Shown here: positions 25,254 through 26,660 of the stretch, in pieces
Layout: each line of letters starts with the position of its first letter
Numbering within the stretch: the first letter of the stretch is position 1
From: a virus
Lineage: Duplodnaviria > Caudoviricetes
Length of the DNA stretch: 26,660 nt
Reading direction: 5' to 3' (one strand)
IMG/VR virus record: IMGVR_UViG_3300005512_000282
Coordinates: 1-26,660 of that record
Translations under genes and position numbers: made by a program
The notes under the pieces: model-generated
What the model was told of the DNA's origin: nothing
The model's database searches: none
The model's input: only the letters and a program-made list of their open reading frames with translations

Positions 25254-25712
25254 TTATGATTTACCTAAGTAAAAAGAACCGGCTGCAAGAATACTGATCT
25301 TGAGCCACTCAAATGCAACAATTGCATTTTCTAAGCGCACAAATTCAGTCTGGGTCTTCGTTGTGTCAATCAGGCCCATAAAATTGAACCCGGTCGTGCG
25401 CTCTACTGGAACCAAAATATCGAGACCCGTTAGACCACCCATCATGGCCCATGCACCCAAGCCAATCATGGACAGCACAAAGATGCGGCGGGTCATCTTG
25501 GCAAATGGATCATTACCCACACGAGCGGCGGCGGCATCGGCAGCTTTAGTTGCACGATTTGATGCAGCATCGGCCTCTTCGGTCTTTGCCTTCATCATGT
25601 TCATCATCATCTCATTCTGCGCTTTCTTCGCTTCCTGAGCTTTATCAATCATTTTGAAGATGCCACCGAGGGTTGCGCCCCCAGCCATCGTCATTAATTC
25701 AATGGGGATCAT
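25254..25712 (-). CDS. Membrane protein, putative holin (152 aa, about 3 hydrophobic segments)
   Basis: AAGGAG RBS before MIPIELMTM. TRR.F..S motif and C-terminal ...FYLG. Confidence 0.55.
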   Translation of the reverse strand: MIPIELMTMAGGATLGGIFKMIDKAQEAKKAQNEMMMNMMKAKTEEADAASNRATKAADAAAARVGNDPFAKMTRRIFVLSMIGLGAWAMMGGLTGLDILVPVERTTGFNFMGLIDTTKTQTEFVRLENAIVAFEWLKISILAAGSFYLGKS

Positions 25713-25863
25713 GCTCGTCTCCTTTGCAGTCTCTTGCGAGGCAGTTGTAAATAGATTGAAGTATCCCAACCACTCGACGATGCTCTCGACCATCAGGGGT
25801 TACCAGCGCCTCAATGGCTTCAGCAATGCCTTCCATTATATCACGCCTTTGTTCATCAGTCAT
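25699..25863 (-). CDS. Hypothetical protein (54 aa), absent from the ORF track
   Basis: MTDEQRRDIMEGIAEAIEALVTPDGREHRRVVGILQSIYNCLARDCKGDEHDPH; overlaps both neighbours. Confidence 0.5.
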   Translation of the reverse strand: MTDEQRRDIMEGIAEAIEALVTPDGREHRRVVGILQSIYNCLARDCKGDEHDPH

Positions 25864-26182
25864 CTTTCTTATCCTTTTTACCCTTTACGTAGGCATCAGC
25901 ACCAAAAAATGCAGATACAACTAGACCGACGCTCATGAAATAAACGCCAGACATATCGCCGATGATCTTGGACTCGTTATCAAATCCGAGTGCGCCACTG
26001 GCGAACACAAACAATGGGTATCCAAGCATTCCGAACAACGCAAACCAGACCATCTTACGCTGTTGGTCCCGCTTGGCATCCTCGTCCTCCATCTCTCTGC
26101 GCTTGGCTTCGAGGTAGATTTCCATTTCCTGTTTGCTGATGCTTCCATCACCATTGAGGTCAGCCTTTTCAAAGTCGGTCAT
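25856..26182 (-). CDS. EF-hand plus two-TM membrane protein (108 aa)
   Basis: Canonical 12-residue loop DLNGDGSISKQE, two hydrophobic helices and a basic tail. Confidence 0.75.
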   Translation of the reverse strand: MTDFEKADLNGDGSISKQEMEIYLEAKRREMEDEDAKRDQQRKMVWFALFGMLGYPLFVFASGALGFDNESKIIGDMSGVYFMSVGLVVSAFFGADAYVKGKKDKKDD

Positions 26183-26183
26183 T

Positions 26184-26621
26184 TCAATTTCCTGATAGCG
26201 GATTGTCCAATGCCTTCTGGAGTTTGTCTTCTAGTTCCGCTTTGGTGTCGTCCACCTTAGCTTCGAATTTGTCCATTTTATCTTCAAACCTGATGATCTT
26301 GTCGTTGACCCGCTTCTCGATGTCATAGGTCAGTTGCTTGGCATCCCGGAGATTCTGCTCGATGGACTCCAGCAGGCGTTCCTGTGTCTCGATCTTGTTG
26401 CTGGTCTGCTCCATCTGCGCGGCATAGGCTCCGAGGTCAAGACTGGCGATCTCCTCGACCTTTTGGTACATCGTGAAGCCACCGTACAGGGCACCCAGCA
26501 CAGAGCCAATTCCGGCAATGGCCATACCGATGGTAGTCGGGGTCATGCGTAGACCGAACAGGGTGAACGCCTTGTCCTTTAGCCCTTCGATCTCGTCCAG
26601 TTTGTCGCCTAGATCAGCCAT
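26184..26621 (-). CDS. Single-TM coiled-coil protein (145 aa)
   Basis: TM IGMAIAGIGSVLGALYGGF followed by long heptad repeats ending LDNPL. Confidence 0.7.
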   Translation of the reverse strand: MADLGDKLDEIEGLKDKAFTLFGLRMTPTTIGMAIAGIGSVLGALYGGFTMYQKVEEIASLDLGAYAAQMEQTSNKIETQERLLESIEQNLRDAKQLTYDIEKRVNDKIIRFEDKMDKFEAKVDDTKAELEDKLQKALDNPLSGN

Positions 26622-26660
26622 CAAACCCACCTAGCTTCCGCAGATTCTCAAGTTCCTGTT
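26614..26660 (-). CDS. 3' end of an upstream gene (…QELENLRKLGGFDG)
   Basis: Open frame from the window edge whose stop overlaps the next start. Confidence 0.35.
   Translation of the reverse strand, partial: QELENLRKLGGFDG

Noticed and set aside
24588-26660. Complete lysis cassette (endolysin and spanins)
   Set aside because: No endolysin motif is visible. The TM coiled-coil protein and the lipoprotein are not adjacent or nested, so a spanin call is unsupported.
1-26660. Prophage or integrative element
   Set aside because: No integrase, repressor, att site or host genes are visible in the window.

Overview
This is a 26.7 kb segment of a tailed dsDNA phage, with no integrase, repressor or RNA polymerase in the window. 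The minus-strand packaging/head operon runs left from about 6978: terS, terL, portal, groES, scaffold and a probable head decoration protein. Minus-strand small membrane and basic-protein genes at 24588-26660 may be the far end of the same late operon in a circularly permuted genome. Between them is a plus-strand early/replication arm driven by four near-consensus sigma70 promoters. It encodes a complete 2-aminoadenine (Z-base) genome toolkit: purZ (GSTGKG and NFxNY signatures), mazZ, datZ and a DpoZ-type family A polymerase. The same arm carries a second dNTP diphosphohydrolase (DUF5664-like), an orphan TSCPD domain, ArdB antirestriction, a DenV-like glycosylase, PrimPol-VirE, an SNF2 helicase, a DEDDh exonuclease and two SSB-like proteins. 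Non-coding features read directly from the sequence are an iteron/AT-rich origin candidate (8715-9048), a 4x14-bp tandem repeat, a repeated promoter-hairpin-RBS cassette, and an H-type pseudoknot just upstream of the SSB gene. An uncharacterised domain occurs twice, in the first early gene and directly before purZ. All family calls come from motif recognition by eye, not from database searches.
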